A program made the position numbers and the translations under genes. A DNA stretch of 64,000 nucleotides, taken from an uncultured delta proteobacterium (lineage in GTDB: Bacteria; Desulfobacterota; Binatia; HRBIN30). The stretch spans positions 155,739 to 219,738 of the forward strand of contig CAVSQF010000023.1 of the NCBI GenBank assembly GCA_963729835.1, read 5' to 3'. The notes beneath the pieces are model-generated. The model searched no databases. It was not told the origin of the DNA and worked only from the letters and a program-made list of their open reading frames with translations. Shown here piece by piece: positions 63,510 through 64,000 of this stretch (position 1 is the stretch's first letter; each line of letters opens with the position of its first letter).

Positions 63510-64000
63510 ATGTTCAACGGTCTCTTTCACATTCGCGAGCCGAAAAACGAGCCGGTATTCGGCTACGGGCCGGGAAGTGCGGAACGCGCGGCGCTGAAGG
63601 GGGAGCTGCACAGGATGTTGGCAAACCCGGTCGAGGTTCCCTGCATCATTGGCGGCCGGGAAATCACCACGGGCGATCTCGTCGAGCTGAAGCCGCCGCA
63701 TAATCACCGCCAGTCCCTCGGCCATTACCATCGCGCCGGCGCCAAGGAAGCCGAGATGGCCATTGCCGCCGCCAATCAGGCGAAGATCAGCTGGAGCGAA
63801 ATGGACTGGTCGTCCCGCGCCACCGTCCTGCTCAAGGCCGCGGAGTTGCTCGCCGGAAAGTATCGGCACACCCTCAATGCCGCCACGATGTTGAACATGA
63901 GCAAAACCTGTCATCAGGCGGAGATCGACTCGGGGTGCGAGCTGATCGATTTCTGGCGCTTCAATCCGTACTTCATGACGCAGGTCTACGACGACCAGCC
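63510..64000 (+). CDS. pruA: L-glutamate gamma-semialdehyde (1-pyrroline-5-carboxylate) dehydrogenase, 5' part; runs off the window
   Basis: My own translation, since there is no stop in the window: MFNGLFHIREPKNEPVFGYGPGSAERAALKGEL...IGGREITTGD...NMSKTCHQAEIDSGCELIDFWRFNPYF. GGAGGAAGG lies upstream. Confidence 0.85.
   Translation, partial: MFNGLFHIREPKNEPVFGYGPGSAERAALKGELHRMLANPVEVPCIIGGREITTGDLVELKPPHNHRQSLGHYHRAGAKEAEMAIAAANQAKISWSEMDWSSRATVLLKAAELLAGKYRHTLNAATMLNMSKTCHQAEIDSGCELIDFWRFNPYFMTQVYDDQ

Noticed and set aside
1-64000. tRNA, rRNA, tmRNA or RNase P genes
   Set aside because: Scanning intergenic regions by eye found no T-loop-like GGTTCGAATCC contexts with acceptor-stem pairing and no rRNA-like stretches. 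A tRNAscan/Infernal run would be definitive.

Overview
High-GC bacterial chromosomal window; the taxon cannot be named from sequence alone, though Myxococcus-type cysteine-rich repeats and a GILT-like tandem protein hint at a Myxococcota-like or related uncultured lineage. Most of it is conserved housekeeping. This includes a redox cluster (DsbA-like, GILT-like and 1-Cys peroxiredoxin), a GH78-like glycosidase, gltA, an ABC-F ATPase and an acyl-CoA dehydrogenase/MaoC/cupin group. It also includes nth, moaBDE, PBP1A, htrA, htpX, murA, rpoD and a LonC-like protease coupled to an sHSP. Further along are a peripheral-arm-only nuo cluster (nuoB-G-I-CD-EF), maeB, an RRM protein, a sulfotransferase, yajD, a GT-C/PA14 membrane protein and the start of pruA.

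Three accessory islands interrupt this backbone. Each is bracketed by a partial duplicate of a flanking gene, each carries type II toxin-antitoxin genes, and none has a visible integrase.
1. About 9.05-14.2 kb: orphan DUF433, a degraded DUF262 gene, an IS256-family element with exact boundaries and an 8-bp target duplication, a cyclase-homology-like ORF split by that IS, and VapBC.
2. About 25.3-27.5 kb: a helicase-tail remnant, a DUF1016/YhcG gene, a PBP1A fragment and VapBC.
3. About 46.5-55.0 kb: three copies of the 3' end of a small ORF, two of them sharing a perfect 40-nt repeat, which delimit two modules. One holds an orphan HigA and a 1876-aa mosaic secreted protein; the other holds RHH-MazF.

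The two most interesting items are:
- the reconstructed, now inactivated, operon of a class III cyclase-like ORF and a DUF262 gene;
- the giant secreted protein (dockerin-like repeats, ASH-like domain, about 540 aa with no recognisable domain, Cys-rich modules, a 7-blade Vgb-like propeller and two DUF1566 domains), which contains a 327-nt near-perfect internal duplication.

No rRNA, tRNA or CRISPR array was seen. Coordinates taken from the ORF track are exact. Coordinates I derived by eye (repeats, alternative starts) may be off by 1-2 nt. All family assignments are motif recognition from memory, not database searches.
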